From positions 20,323,190-20,387,189 of the forward strand of contig NC_085846.1 in assembly GCF_035594765.1 (NCBI RefSeq): a DNA stretch of 64,000 nt, read 5' to 3'. Below are positions 35,301 to 49,393 of the stretch, piece by piece. The notes below the pieces were generated by a model that was not told the origin of the DNA, made no database searches, and was given only the letters and a program-made list of their open reading frames with translations. Position 1 is the stretch's first letter. Every line of letters begins with the position of its first letter. Source of the DNA: Anolis carolinensis (taxonomy: Eukaryota). The position numbers and the translations under genes are program-made.

Positions 35301-38300
35301 TCCATGGTTTCATCACTTCTAAACTGGACCACAATAATGCATTCCACTTAGTTATTCCACTTCAATATCAAAACACATACACACATGCAAATGCAATGAC
35401 AATTTGAATGAAGTCTTTTGTTGGCACAGACACGTACCTGTCTGGTTAGAAATCATGTCTTTTGGGCATTGGATGCAATCATAGCAACAGAATGGTTTCC
35501 CCTCCTGAACTGCCTTGCTGTATCCACGCTCGCAACTCTTGATACACATGGAATGAGGTGGTAGCTATTTTTAAAGAAAATATATAGCATTCACATTTTG
35601 ATTCCAATCAGGAAAGTTATATATGTGAAAGCTATAAATGTACACCAAACATCTACTAGAAAATAAAATGCTTGGAGAGATATCACTGATAGTAGAGTCC
35701 TCTATAGGTTTATCTAAACCTTACTGAATTAAATAACACTGAATCTCAAGAACATTAAATTATTGATCCTGCAGCCTGAGTTTCATTACTCCATGCTTTG
35801 ATCTATGAATATAAGTGACCCATGTTTGTTGTACAAATGAGGAGGATATTAGATCGTAATCCCAGTTTATTGCATCTCTAGCCCTGAAAACACCCAGGAA
35901 GGAAGAGAAAGGTTGATTCTCACATTACCACTTTCTTCTTTCTTAACTCTCCATCTGGATCTACACTGCCATATAATCCAGTTCCTGAATCCAGATTATC
36001 TGCTTTGAATTGGATTGTATCAGTCTACATTGCTATATAATCGAGTTTAAGCAGATAATCTGCTGGAAATTGGTTTATATGGCAGTGTAGATGGGATCTC
36101 CATCTCTTTCTTGCCTCATTGTCAGTATGAGGGCAACACAACCTTAGGAAAGAGCTCATTGCATGAATAAGAAAACCTAGAGCTTTCCCAAAGGAATATA
36201 CCGTGAGCATGGACTTACGGTTAACGTGGAGATCCAAGCCACGTGCATATGCATTTTTTTTAAAAAAAAATTTGAAGTTACTGAAGATTCAAAACATTTG
36301 CCAAATTTTTTATTTAATTTCAGATCTCTTTCTATGTTTCTTCCAACTTTTTCATGAGTTATGATCCCAGGAATAAAGGTACCTTATGGTGTTTGTAAAG
36401 CAAAATATCTGAAGAGTGCTTAGATGCAAATTTATCACAGTGGCTATTTTTACTTCTCTGTTTTATATATTTTTTTCAACTAGGACTATCGTAGATACTC
36501 AAACATTGTTGATCAGTTATGACAAAAAACCCCAAATATCTATTTTTCTAGTAAGATTTCACTTTATCCGTTCATTCATTCTTACCTTTTCAAATTTACT
36601 GTTCCATTGAATACCATCCTCTCTGATACTAAAGCCTTGAAGTGGAGAAATTTTCCCAACTTTGTTTTTAATGAAGGATTTATTTGGGAAAATCATCCAG
36701 TTGATGATGTCGTACCCTTCTGCTGACAATTTCCCATTCTCAAAGAGAACCTCGTGCCCAGCGCCATTATTAAAGTGAATGTTTCTAAGGATGGCATGGA
36801 GCTAAATTTAGAGGGAATACCAGAGTGTTATAAAATGAAGTCCAGTTTCTAAGTGTGGTCACTGTGTTTATGCAAAATATAATTTGGCAGGGGCTCATGT
36901 ATTCTCAGTACTGACAGCTGCCCTAAGCGTGCAGAAGTCATGTGGCTTGGCTGTACTTAGTGGTTGGGCATCCCTTCCTACTTCCCAAATGGTTTAAACA
37001 TCTGTAGCTTCTGAGGAGAAAAATAGTGGTGAAAGGGGATAATTCTGGGTGGAGGCTAAGTGGAACTACTATAGTTCTATCTCCCAATTCTGAGCTAAGG
37101 CAGATCAGTGATGAATTAGGGAAACAGTTACTGCCTATGAGTTAGGATAGTGGTGCCATTGCCGTACAAGTTAAGGAGGAGGAAAAATGTGAAATAGGTG
37201 ATACATAGTTGTTCCTTCACATTTGCTGGAGTTAAGGGAGCAGGGCTCCTGTGAAAGGGGAAATAATATGAATTAAAAACCACTACAGTAGAGTCTCACT
37301 TATCCAACACTCGCTTATCCAACGTTCTGGATTATCCAACGCCTTTTTGTAGTCAATGTTTTCAATACATCGTGATATTTTGGTGCTAATTTGGTAAATA
37401 CAGTAATTACTACATAACGTTACTGCATATTGAACTACTTTTTCTGTCAAATTTGTTGTAAAACATGATGTTTTGGTGCTTAATTTGTAAAATCATAACC
37501 TAATTTGATGTTTAATAGACTTTTCCTTAATCCCTCCTTATTATCCAAGATATTCACTAATCCAACGTTTTGCCGGCCCGTTTACATAAGATAAACGAGA
37601 CTCTACTGTATGTTTTTACCTGATGGAATACCTCTCTAAGGATCTCTAGGACCTCCAGCATTTTTAGGGTTAAAAGCAAAGTAACAACATTTCAACCTGT
37701 GTGTTGTGATCGTGAAGGAAATACTTAACATATACGTATGCAGGATTTTATTTAAAATAAGCTTCCAGTGCTGCTAATTTCAAAATTAATATATAAACTC
37801 AGAACTGTGATGACTTTACCTTCCATGGTTGAACCTTCAGATTCATCAGTGTGTACCTATTCAGCATTGCTCTCTTCTTTGCCAACTGTAAAGCGTGTGC
37901 TATAGTATATACAGCATTGTAGATACTATAGCTCTCCCCTGTAAGGTCTTTTTCCAGAATATATCCAGGGAGCCTTTCCAGATTTTCTTCACCTGTACAT
38001 GTTTTACAGTCTATACAGTATTGGTAGTATTCATTAGGTATACGGCAATGGAATGCATCTTGCCAGAAGACAGAAAGAAAAGTCATCAGTGATTTTTCCG
38101 GTTTCATGGTCTGGATAAAATCCTGGAATGCCGGCACTTCTTTGGTATGGACAAAGAAAGAAAAGGCACCGTGGAAGGTTTTTGTAGGATATCCGTTGCT
38201 ACTAGCTGTATTGGAAAAATCCCATTGTGGTGGCATGATCCATACTTTTCCTATATGGGCTTTTCTCCTAAATTCATTAATTTCTAAGATTATTGTTAAA

Positions 38301-39064
38301 ACATGCAGAGATTGAGAAGTCCCACTGACAATAATCACATTGGTTTCAACTGAGCGAAGTAAGGAATCCAACTTGAAAAATATATTTTTAGGTTGCAGCC
38401 ATGAGTGACGATAGTTCATTGCCTGGACACTTTCTTTGAAAGCAATACAAATGCCATTCTGGGCCAGCAGAGGTGTCATGGTTTTAACAAAACTTTCCCC
38501 ATCATCATCATCTGAAACAATGAAGCCAATCCATGTCCACCCGAAATGCCGGAGTAAATGGATGATCCCCATGTAATGGATAGTTTCACTTGGTGCCATC
38601 CAGTACATAGAAGTGGAGTGTGTTTTCTCACTGAGTGTCCTTTGACGTGCTGTATAAGTGAGCTAAGAGGAAAAACCCAGCATATTAGAGACAACGACCA
38701 TTTCCCTATTTGGTGTATTTATTTAACTGTGTCAATAAATATGTTTTTCTAATGCCAATTGTATTGTACTTTAGATACAATATATTGGCTGGGATCTATA
38801 CCCTAGTTGAATATTGGTCTTATGGATAGGAAAAGTACGCATTTCCTCTAGTATAGCTATGTGTTGTCCTAAGTGACAGCTCTCTATTTCAAAGGCCTTT
38901 CAGTACATATCTAGGCTGAAGGAAATACATAGCAAAGGGGTACAAGGAGAGCTAGCACTTGGACAAGAGAATGAGTCAATGAACTAATATGTCACTTGGT
39001 CTAAATACCACTGGTAGCCAAAGGAAACCCCATTAATAATAATATAATAATATAATAATTTTAT

Positions 39065-39110
<46 letters not shown>

Positions 39111-41221
39111 CAATAATAATAATAATAATAACTTTATTTTTATACCTCGCCCCATCTCCCCGAAGGGATTCGGGGCAGCTTACATGGGGCCAAGCCCAGA
39201 CATCAGACAATATAAAAACAAAGCAATAAAACAAGTCAATCTACAATAAAACAAATCATAAAAGATCACATACAATAAATAAATGATAAAATCTTGGGTT
39301 GGCTCCAAAAGAAACTGGGCCAAAAGTGCAAGTAGTGTCAGTGCCATCAGGGAGAGGTAGATACCAGAGCTATCTTTCCCATTAAAATGCTGGGGAAGGC
39401 GTACACAAGGGACTATTGCTGGCTAAAAATCAGAATGCAATAAGATAAAATAGGTAACAATCAATGGGATTGATATAATTATTGAATCAACAATTAACAA
39501 AAGTAGTTCATGTGCTTTATTACCCTGTGTTTGGCAATGGAGCATCATGAGGCTTCCCTGCCTCAAGATGACAGGGCCGTTCGAGACAAGCCCTATATCC
39601 TAGGATATGATCCCAGGTTTTCTGCATTAAACTGGATTATATGAGTCCACACTGCCAGATAATCTGGGATAAACAGAAAACCTGGGTTCATATCCTGGGA
39701 TATAGGGCCTGCCTGGAAGGGCCCTTATACACATATACATAGATATGGGAGTTAGCATTAGGGACTCTTCTACCAATGTCACTTAACTTTTTTTCCTGTC
39801 TACTATATTAACTGCAACAATGAAAGTATTTTTTTTTACCTTTACATTTCCCCCCCTGAGCATATGGTATTTTCTCTCTCCTGTTTCATACCCTAAGCTC
39901 ATATATAGCACTGGCTAAACTGCACTTTGCTATAGATACTAAATATTTCTACAATTAAAACATAGGTTTGACATTGTTGATCTGTGTTAAATCCAGGATT
40001 TTGCTATCAACTCATCTGAAAACTGGGGTGAGGTTTGTATGTTGCACATATCTTAAGATGCATTTCAGTCCTTCGTGAATCATCATCTTTCTCTAACACA
40101 TACACATACAGTAGAGTTTCACTTATCCAAGCCTCGCTTATCCAAGCTTCTGGATTATCCAAGCCATTTTTGTAGTCAATATTTTCAATATATTGTGATA
40201 TTTTGGTGCTAAATTCGTAAATACAGTAATTACAACATAACATTATTGAACTACTTTTTCTGTCAAATTTGTTGTATAACATGATGTTTTGGTGCTTAAT
40301 TTGTAAAATCATAACCTAATTTGATGTTTAATAGGCTTTTCCTTAATCCCTCCTTATTATCCAAGATATTCGCTTATCCAAGCTTCTGCCGGCTCATTTA
40401 GCTTGGATAAGTGAGACTCTACTGTACAATCTGTGCTTCAACAGCAATTCTCTCGTATTTTCAGACTGGCATTAGAAACGAATATGAGCAACTTCAGAGT
40501 TTGGTCATCTTTAACATAGTTTATCTGAAATTAATTAGGAAAAATTAGCTCAGAGTAGCTTGAAAATGTTCTATCCATGCTTCAATACATGCACACATAC
40601 CTACCTGAGGAATCTTGTAGGTGCTCAAGAGGGTGGCCATATGTGTGGAGGTTTCTACAGAGAGCCCCCCAATGACTGATAACACATCCTTTCCCCACTC
40701 ACACATGTAATTAGGGGCACGCATTTGTTGCGTGAATAACAGATCCAGGATTGTCTCAAATGTGCTTCCTAAATCAAAAAGATTGTCGTAGATATGCAGC
40801 CCCAGAGTGAGATTGGGCAAGAGTTTAGGGTTTTTATTGATCTCATGGATAGCAAACATCAAGGAGAAGACATGTTGATAATTTTTCAATGCTACACTGC
40901 AACAAGAGTGACAATGGTTGTTAGAAAATTATATTGCAGATAATATTATCTCGCTCATATACAACTGGCTCAAAATGCCTCTTGAAGTCTTGGAAGAAAG
41001 CAAGATATGATAACCACTGTCAAGAAACATGAATATATTTTTAGGCTAATCATGCTTGGATCACTTCTACAAAATATCCTCCCCAAATGCCCCTTAAATA
41101 TTCCTGGTTTAAGATTCTTTTGCAGTCACTTACAAAATAACAAAACCAAGCACAAGGAAGCAATGATTTGTTCCACAAGATTTTCAACTTAATTCAAGAA
41201 GGAAAGTAGAAGTATTATTAA

Positions 41222-41267
<46 letters not shown>

Positions 41268-41859
41268 TTATTATCTCTTTATTTATTTCCCACCTTTCTC
41301 CCCATGAGCACTCATACAGAAATAGGTGATGTTCTTTAGCCTTTTCTGAAGTAGCATATCATGGAAAGGCATGGGTCATCACTTTATAAGATAATGTATT
41401 CCTTCATCTAGCATATAGAATAGAAACGGACCATGTGTATACCTACAAAAGAGACCTTGTGAAGCTGGAAATGATGTTTGGTTTAGTCTCCGACATAGAA
41501 ATCTAACCGGAACGCCTGAAATATGATGTGAAAATTTATCCCTGACTCATACATACTTGTTGGCATATCTTACCATCACCAGCCAAATAACATTACTTCT
41601 ACTAAAAACAAATAACATACCTATAAACGCTGCGTTTCCTATTTGGAATGACTTCAAAATTGGTCAGGAAAGTTGTAGGATGCATTAAAGAAAAGATCCC
41701 ACCAATGATAGCTCTTCCTGGCCGATATACATTGTCTTGGATTTTACTGTTAAAAGTATATTTTTCATTAATATCTTGAGACACAAGAGGAGGAAAGGAA
41801 AGCAAAAAAATTAACATCCACATGACTATGAATACATGCTCACATTTGAACACCTGCAT
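32319..41859 (-). CDS. Vomeronasal type-2 receptor (V2R, class C GPCR), 872 aa. Exons 41859-41621, 40896-40605, 38662-37820, 36801-36586, 35564-35438, 33220-32319
   Basis: Canonical six-exon layout (292-nt exon 2, 127-nt exon 5). Motifs: signal peptide, [32 protein letters not shown], cysteine-rich CCYDCIQCP, and 7[10 protein letters not shown]...[19 protein letters not shown]...FFPKCYII. 2619 nt in frame with no stops. Confidence 0.93.
33638..34759 (-). mobile_element. Probable solo LTR in V2R intron 5
   Basis: 5-bp TSD GCATC (33633-33637, 34760-34764); TGT at the left end and a degenerate right end; octamer, CCAAT and TATA-like motifs at 34565-34630; AATAAA on the - strand near 33955. Confidence 0.7.
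37286..37608. mobile_element. Tc1/mariner-type MITE
   Basis: TIRs and TA TSD. Confidence 0.9.
40109..40424. mobile_element. Tc1/mariner-type MITE
   Basis: TIRs and TA TSD. Confidence 0.9.
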
Positions 41860-42378
41860 TCCTAGCCACCTTCTGTGTGTTCCAAAAACAAACAGATTTG
41901 GGGTCTATACACATAGAATGCTAGTAAAACAAAATGACCAGGAACAGTTGAATTTCTAAGCAACACAAGCTGGGTTATATTGTGAGTGAGCTCAGAATTT
42001 AAGTTGGTTATGGTCAAAATCTGAATATTGCTGTTGTTATTGACTATGATGACTCTAATAAGAGTGATTTTGATAATGACAGGGTAGATAAGTGCATTAC
42101 ACTTTCTGATTATAGATTTTCCAGGTGCAAAATGAAATACATGTTTGTCAGATTCTTTTCAGTACATTGGTAATTGGCAAATGTCTGTTCATATTGCATC
42201 ACTCAGAGCATTCACCAAGCACCAGATGAATTTTAGTGGAAACATTTTCAATGACTACATCCAAGTTAATGCAGCACTAAAATATATGAATCATGAACAA
42301 AGTAATACATAAAACAACTTCCTTTTAATTTAGGGTTCTGATGTTCCACACTTTAATACAGTCCCTTATTTGTCAGCT

Positions 42379-43320
42379 TCAGAGTACACAATGTTTTTTA
42401 TTTTCAAGAATGCCCAGTAATGCTGATCGCATTTCCTTGTTCCTGAAGCTGTAGATTAGAGGGTTCAGGAAAGGAGTGACGATGGTGTACAATATAGAGA
42501 TCAGGCGGTCCTCTCCCATGGTGTGACTGGAGGAGGGACGCATGTATGTAAAGATGGCAGTACTGTAGAAGATGCTTACTACAGTCAGATGGGAGGCACA
42601 CGTGGAGAATGTTTTGATTCTGGTCTGAACTGAATGGATTTTGAGCACAGCTGAGACAATGAGGAAATAGGAGAGGACAATCAAGATAAGAGTTGTTACC
42701 ATGATGCTGCCAGAGATGATGAAGGTCCCCATTTCAGCAAGGAAAGTATCAGAGCATGAAAGATGCAGGACAGGTGGGATGTCACAAAAGAAATGCACAA
42801 TTTTATTGGAACTGCAGAAGTTCTGGGAGAAGACAAAGGCTGTATTGACAATGGCATTGAGATTTCCAATAATCCATGAAGCTGCTAGAAGCCACTTGCA
42901 TGTAGGCTGGCTCATAAGCATAGTATAGTGCAATGGGTGGCAAATGGCAGCATAGCGATCATAGGCCATGGCAGAGAGCAGGGCACCTTCTGTGGCAGCT
43001 GTGGTTAGGAAAGAATACATTTGGACCATGCAGCCAGCAAAGGAGATGGTCTTATCCCCCAATGAGAGATCCCATAACATCTTTGGCATGGTGGTGGTAA
43101 TATAACAGATTTCAGCAAATGAGAGATTGTTCAACAAGAAGTACATGGGAGTGTGGAGATGATGGTCAATTTGGATCAAAAGAATGATAGCTAGATTCCC
43201 TGCTACTGTGAATACGTAAATCAACAAACCGATAACAAAGAGCAAGATCTTGACTGTAGGATCATCTGACAGTCCCATCAGGATGAATTCTTTCAGAGTT
43301 GTTTCATTCTTTCTTTCCAT
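42379..43320 (-). CDS. Olfactory receptor, 313 aa, intact
   Basis: LHTPMYFLL, MAYDRYAAICHPLHY, STCASHL, PFLNPLIYSFRNKE; N-glycosylation site NET; splice acceptor just upstream (~43339). Confidence 0.97.
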   Translation of the reverse strand: MERKNETTLKEFILMGLSDDPTVKILLFVIGLLIYVFTVAGNLAIILLIQIDHHLHTPMYFLLNNLSFAEICYITTTMPKMLWDLSLGDKTISFAGCMVQMYSFLTTAATEGALLSAMAYDRYAAICHPLHYTMLMSQPTCKWLLAASWIIGNLNAIVNTAFVFSQNFCSSNKIVHFFCDIPPVLHLSCSDTFLAEMGTFIISGSIMVTTLILIVLSYFLIVSAVLKIHSVQTRIKTFSTCASHLTVVSIFYSTAIFTYMRPSSSHTMGEDRLISILYTIVTPFLNPLIYSFRNKEMRSALLGILENKKHCVL

Positions 43321-45552
43321 TCTGCTGTTTATTTTACTTCTGAAGGAATCAGGACTTCTCAGAGGGATTTCATTGTTGCACGGAGAGCTATATGTTCAAG
43401 AAGATAGAGACTATAACGAGTTCTGTGTTGAGCTTTGACAACATTAATATAAAAACTAAGAGCCCCTCCAATAAGGGAAAAAGTCTCTGAAAGTCCCAGA
43501 TTTTGTTCTTGCTCCAATTTTAATTTGGAGAGCCACATGAGGGTTTATCTATCTAGAAATATTTTCTGGGAACGCCAGGCATTATCAAGAATGTTTTGTT
43601 CCTACTTCCCTGGTCAGTTTAAATCAACCCAGTATTTTCTGATTTGAAATTTATCTTTTCTTAGTCATCTGTTTGTATTGTTCTGGAGCAGGCTAATGCC
43701 CCCTCCACACAGTTGTATAAAATCCACATTGAACTGGAATATATAGCAGTGTGGACTCAGATAATCCAGTTCAAAGCAGATATTGTAGATTTTCTGCCTT
43801 GATATTATGGGTTATATAGCTGTGTGGAAGGGCCCTAAAATGGCTGCCATCAATAAATACAGAGATTGTTTCTGAAATGTTTCATGAGTTTTGATGTGAC
43901 ACATGAGCAGAGGAAGATAGGGAATATAAGGAAGGGAGAATGAAGAAAACCTGGCATCTTCAAGAGAGAATTTGGATGCAGACTTGCATTTCTAGGTCGG
44001 CATCCAAATGCAGGTAAAATTAAAAAAACAAAAACAAAAAACAGAAGCTTTAAATTCTTCCCTTCCTCATGGATGAGCTCTTTATCCCTGATATAAGTAA
44101 TCATATAGTGATGACTGTCATAGATTTGTGCTTCAGAAAATTGCCATTGTAAAGAAAACAAGTATTAATGATACCTCGATAAAGGTCAGCACAGATGGAT
44201 TTTAGGCATTTGTTCCTCTAAACATCTTCCTCCCCATAACGATTTTTCTAAATATCATTCAGTTTTGTATTGTGTGCCATACATAGGGAGCTGCAGTATA
44301 AAAAGAATATTAATAAATCAGCAGTAATTTGAAATACCCATACAAGCATACTAGACAAAATTTCTCCATGAACTAACTAGATATGTCATTGAATGCTCCT
44401 TTTAGCATGTTCCTGTTGACTTATGTTGACCCCATGAATCTCATAGGCTTTTCTTAGGCAAGGAATACTTACAGGTGGCTTTGCCAGTTTTCCCCATGAA
44501 ATATAACCTATAGTCTCTCATCGAAACACATGGGAGCCTGGCTTCTATGATGAGATGGTATTGGGTGCCTTTAGGCTATTTATTTATGCCATTCAAAACA
44601 TATTTCATCTCAGTGCAAAGGATAACATGAAACATAACATGAATCAAAACAAATTCAATTGACAAAAATGTGTAGCTATATTAAAAAACACAGATTCACA
44701 AATGCAAGAACTTCACTTTTTTAAACAAATAGATAAAATGAATATTTTACAGTGGAGTGCTTACATACATTGCGTGGATTGAAGCTAGGCATAACTCACA
44801 GCAGTAGTAGAATGGCAAATGCTGTAAATCTTGATGTCTGCTGTCTTCTTCACTGGCAAAAAGGTCCTGAAAGACTCCTCCTCTTATCAAACATCAAGTC
44901 CAAACCAAATGTTTAAGATTTCTCCTATAGAGATGCTTCTCTTTCAAAGCAGCACCAAAAGCCACTCTGGTTATAAGTTTGGAGCCAGGTCTCAACTTTT
45001 GTTTTGTTATGAGTGGTCCATTCCAGTGACATGTTTTTTTTTTTTAAAGTGGTAGGTGCTGCTGAGATGTTGAAACTCTTTCAAATCTACTTCCCTATGG
45101 GATCTTCAGAATCAGGCCTCTGAGGAATGAATCTAGTGTACTCATTAACACAATGTTAGATGGAAGCAACACAAAGGTGGAAGCAAACAATTGAAAACTA
45201 ATGATGAATATAGTAATCTCTTGTTAGGATGCCATCCTTCTAACAAAGACGTTAAAATGTGATAGTGGCTGATAGGATGCATTTACATTGTAGAATGAAT
45301 GCAGTTTGACACAGTGTAGATGCAAGACTCCTGGGATTTGTTGTTTGATGAGGAACCAGCAGTAATTGGTAGAGAAGTCTGAAGATCTTGTAAACATCTA
45401 ACTCCCATGATTCCATAGCATTGAGCCATGTCAATTAAAGTGGTGCCAAACTGCATTAAATCTACTCATAGTTCATGGCAGGGACAGTGATGTTGATCTG
45501 GAGTATATTTATATATTTCAGTCATATCTTGAGACACAAGAAGAGGAAAAGA

Positions 45553-45604
<52 letters not shown>

Positions 45605-47922
45605 CGTTTTCCCCCAAATAAGACAGGGTAATATTATTTTTTTGCTCTAAAAGATGCGTTAGGACTTGTTTTCAGGGACAGCCTTATTTTTCCAAATTTA
45701 CTTTTTAAATGAACTATAACTAGGGTTCACTTTTGAAACAGGGCTTATATTTCAAGCATCCTCAGAAATGCTGAAAGAAAATCATGGTAGGTCTTAATTT
45801 CAGGGTAGGTCTTATTTTAGGGGAAACACACATTCAGAGGTATCAGTTTCATACCAATATTTTAGCATTTAGGAGCCCCCGGTGGTGCATTGGGTTAAAG
45901 CCTTGTGCCGGCAGGACTGATGACTTGAAGGTTTATTTGCTGACCTGAAGGTTGCTGGTTTGAATCCAACCTCTATCAGCTCCAGCTCCATGCTGGGTCA
46001 TGAGAGAAGCATCCCACAAGGACAGTAAAACATCAAAACATCTGGGTATCCCCTGGGCAACATCCTTGCAGATGGCCAATTCTTTCACACCAGAAGCGAC
46101 CTGCAGTTGCTCAAGTTGCTCTTGACATAAAAAACAAAACAAAACATTTAAATGTGTTCTGATTCATTCCATTTGAAGTCCATTTGAATTATCGGTGTGA
46201 ATTATTGGAAGTGATTTTTTTTCATTTCCCTGTGTAAGACTACATCCATTAGCAAATTAGTTATCAAATCTAATGTTTCATGTTCTGATACTACTCCCTA
46301 CATTTCAGTTACCCAGGGCTTCCATGCCAATGAGATGGTGAATCTACTCCAAGATTTAGTCTGATTCTTAAAAGGTTTTTCAAAGATGTTGAATTCTGTC
46401 TCCAAGATAGTTTCTTAACAATCTAGACTAAAATCCATAGTAGATTGTTGCTCCAATGAAATGAAAGCCATGTGCTCCAGGTCTTTGCTATTTTTAAAAT
46501 CCCAAGTAAAAAACTTATTTTCCAAAGCATTTGGAATTTTAATTTAAAATTGATTATTATCTTGCATATTTTGATTACATGTAACATTCAGTTTGCTTTA
46601 TATTATTTTTCTATATTTTAGTGGGAGTCTTTGTTTTAAAATTGAATTGGATTGTTTTTCTTCCTTCCTTCCCTCTATGTGCATCTGTATACACATGTAT
46701 TTTAGATAACATGTGCTTGACAAGAGCCATTGTTTTATTTTATTTACTTATAGAGTCTGGTTCATATTGGTGTTGGGTATAAACTAACAATGATGACAAA
46801 AACAAAAACTCCATGGCTTAAGTTATAGGAAGCATATTAGTTCTTGTGCAAACTAGTCTACGCAATCATCTGCTGGGGAGGCCTTCCACCACTGTCTCAA
46901 GCACGGTTGGTGGGGACGAAAGAGAGGGCCTTCTCGGTGGTGGCCCCTGGGCTCTGGAACTCCTTTCCCAGGGAGATTAGGCTAGCCCTAACTCTGTCTG
47001 CCTACTGCAGAGACCTCAAAACCTGGATGTTCCAGTGTGCATTTGATGATGGTTAGGCCCAGCCCTAATTGATAGATAGTGCTCTGAACTTTACCCCTAG
47101 CCCTGGCCCTGTAGTCTGCTTTTTGCACAAGTCCATGCCCAGCCCTGTCTAATTCTGATTATGCCCACTATATTTCTGTTTACTGGTTGTCATGGTTTGC
47201 TTTTTATACATTTTATGATGTTTTTATACTTTGTTATTTTTAATTGTTTAATTTGATTGTGATAAGTTATTATGTTATTAGCTGTGTTTTTAGTTTGGTA
47301 TACTTTGTTGTTTGTTCTGACCATATGTAAGCTGCCCCGAGTACCTTTGTGGAGATGGTCGCGGGGTATAAAAATAAAGTTGTTATTATCAATATGATTA
47401 TTATTTTAATTTCACACAGATTCATTGAGTGGCTAGAAAAATCTCTCCAAGTCAGATTGTGGGACCAAAGTTGGCAGACTCTAACCTTTCCAGAGTCAGT
47501 TGATCCCATCAAACAGCAAAATTACCATAAAATCTATATTACCAGAGTTATCTGAGATGGACAAAGGAGATGGCATACTACTGAATCATCCCCCTTCTGT
47601 CACTACTTTCAAGTAAACTCGTTGTCCTGAGCCAGCCTTCCAATACATTCCTCTATTTCTGAATTAAATCTTTCTTGTGACTCCTTCACATTCATCCATT
47701 ACTGTTCTTTTGCATCTCTGTTTATATACTCATAATTTCAATGGATTATCATTATCCATATTTAAACACAATGGCTATGAAGAACAAGATAATTAGAACC
47801 ACCTCTGGTATTTTATGTTTCAAACAATTCAGTACTTGAAACAATTCTCAGAGGAACAACAGAAAAATGTATTTTCAACAAAATTGATAAATTCTATGTC
47901 ATCTCAAGTCTAAATTTCATAA

Positions 47923-48870
47923 TTATCTGTTCTTCTTCAGAACTCTCTGAAGTGCTCCCTGAACTTCTTTATTCCTGAGGCTATAGATCAGGGGGTTTAG
48001 CATTGGAGTAATTATGGCATAAAGCACAGAAACGTGGTGGTCTTCTTTTATAGAATGAACAGAAGATGGGCGTATGTAAGTGTAAATGATAGTGCCAAAG
48101 AAGATGCTCACCACAGTGAGATGGGAAGCACAGGTGGAGAAAGCCTTCATCCTGCCATGAACCGTGTGGATTTTAAGTACTGTGAAAACTATGAGGATGT
48201 AGGAGAGAAGTGTCAGGCAGAATGGAACAATGATAACACATCCAGAGATAGTGAAGGTCACCAACTGACTGACAAAGGTGTCAGAGCAAGAGATGCGTAA
48301 AAGGGGAGGAATGTCACAAAAGAAGTGATTGATTTCATTGGAATTGCAGTAGGACAAGGAAAAGACCATTGCTGTATTAACAATGGAATTGAAGTTTCCA
48401 ATAGCCCATGAACCTGCCAGTAACCCTCTACGCATTTGCTGGTTGATGAGCCGGGTGTAGCTTAGTGGATGGCAGATAGCTGCATAACGATCATATGCCA
48501 TGGCTGAGAGGAGCACACACTCTGTTCCTCCTAAAGTAACAAAGAAATACATCTGGAGTGCACATCCTATAAATGAGATGGTTTTTTCCTTTGACAAAAG
48601 GTTCCATAACATCTTAGGAACTGTAGTGGAAGTGTAGCAAATCTCAACAAAAGAGAGGTTGCCCAAGAAAAAGTACATGGGAGTCTGAAGACATTTGTCT
48701 ATCCAGATCAATGCAATAATAGTTAGATTCCCTGCCAAAGTTAACAGATAGACTAACAAGGCTGTAACAAAGAGAAGAGTCCAGTTCTCTGGGTTAACAG
48801 AGAATCCCGTGAGGACAAACTCTGTGACACTTGTTTGGTTCCAACTTTCTACAGGCTTGTTGGAGGCCAT
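47923..48870 (-). CDS. Olfactory receptor, 315 aa, intact
   Basis: TPMYFFL, MAYDRYAAICHPL, KAFSTCASHL, PMLNPLIYSLRNKE. Confidence 0.97.
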   Translation of the reverse strand: MASNKPVESWNQTSVTEFVLTGFSVNPENWTLLFVTALLVYLLTLAGNLTIIALIWIDKCLQTPMYFFLGNLSFVEICYTSTTVPKMLWNLLSKEKTISFIGCALQMYFFVTLGGTECVLLSAMAYDRYAAICHPLSYTRLINQQMRRGLLAGSWAIGNFNSIVNTAMVFSLSYCNSNEINHFFCDIPPLLRISCSDTFVSQLVTFTISGCVIIVPFCLTLLSYILIVFTVLKIHTVHGRMKAFSTCASHLTVVSIFFGTIIYTYIRPSSVHSIKEDHHVSVLYAIITPMLNPLIYSLRNKEVQGALQRVLKKNR

Positions 48871-49393
48871 CTTTAATCAGGACTCCAGAGTTTCTTGATT
48901 GGGAAGGGATCACAGTTGTTTGATCTGTGCATAATGAAAAAGAGAGAGAGAGAGAGAGAGACCAAGAAGTCAGTTAATATACTGTACTTTTAATCATTGC
49001 AGTCACAGTCATCATTGGGTTGTTGTATGTCTTTCGGGCTGTGTGGCCATGTTCCAGAAGTATTCTCTCCTGACGTTTCGCCCACATCTATGGCAGGCAT
49101 CCTTAGAGGTTGTGAGTCATCATTGCTTTCATAGGCAGGTAGTGAGCCTAGGTATGATAGAAGGAAGAGCGTAATCCATTGGGAGACCATGGGCTCATAG
49201 CATTTTATAGTTATAGAAATTGTTGTGGAGAATCCTAGACCTCAGCAGATGAGTTGTTTTTTATGCTACCCTAAATAACCCTAAATAACCCTAAATAAGT
49301 GTTAATCAAAGAAATCAATCTCCAAAACATGAGTCAACTTATTCATTGATTAATGTGACTATTATACTTTAATGGTTATTCAAAAAAGAACTA

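Noticed and set aside
45030-45150. Possible decayed OR fragment on the - strand (ILKIP...STSQQHL)
   Set aside because: Similarity is too weak to support by eye; it needs tFASTx against OR proteins.
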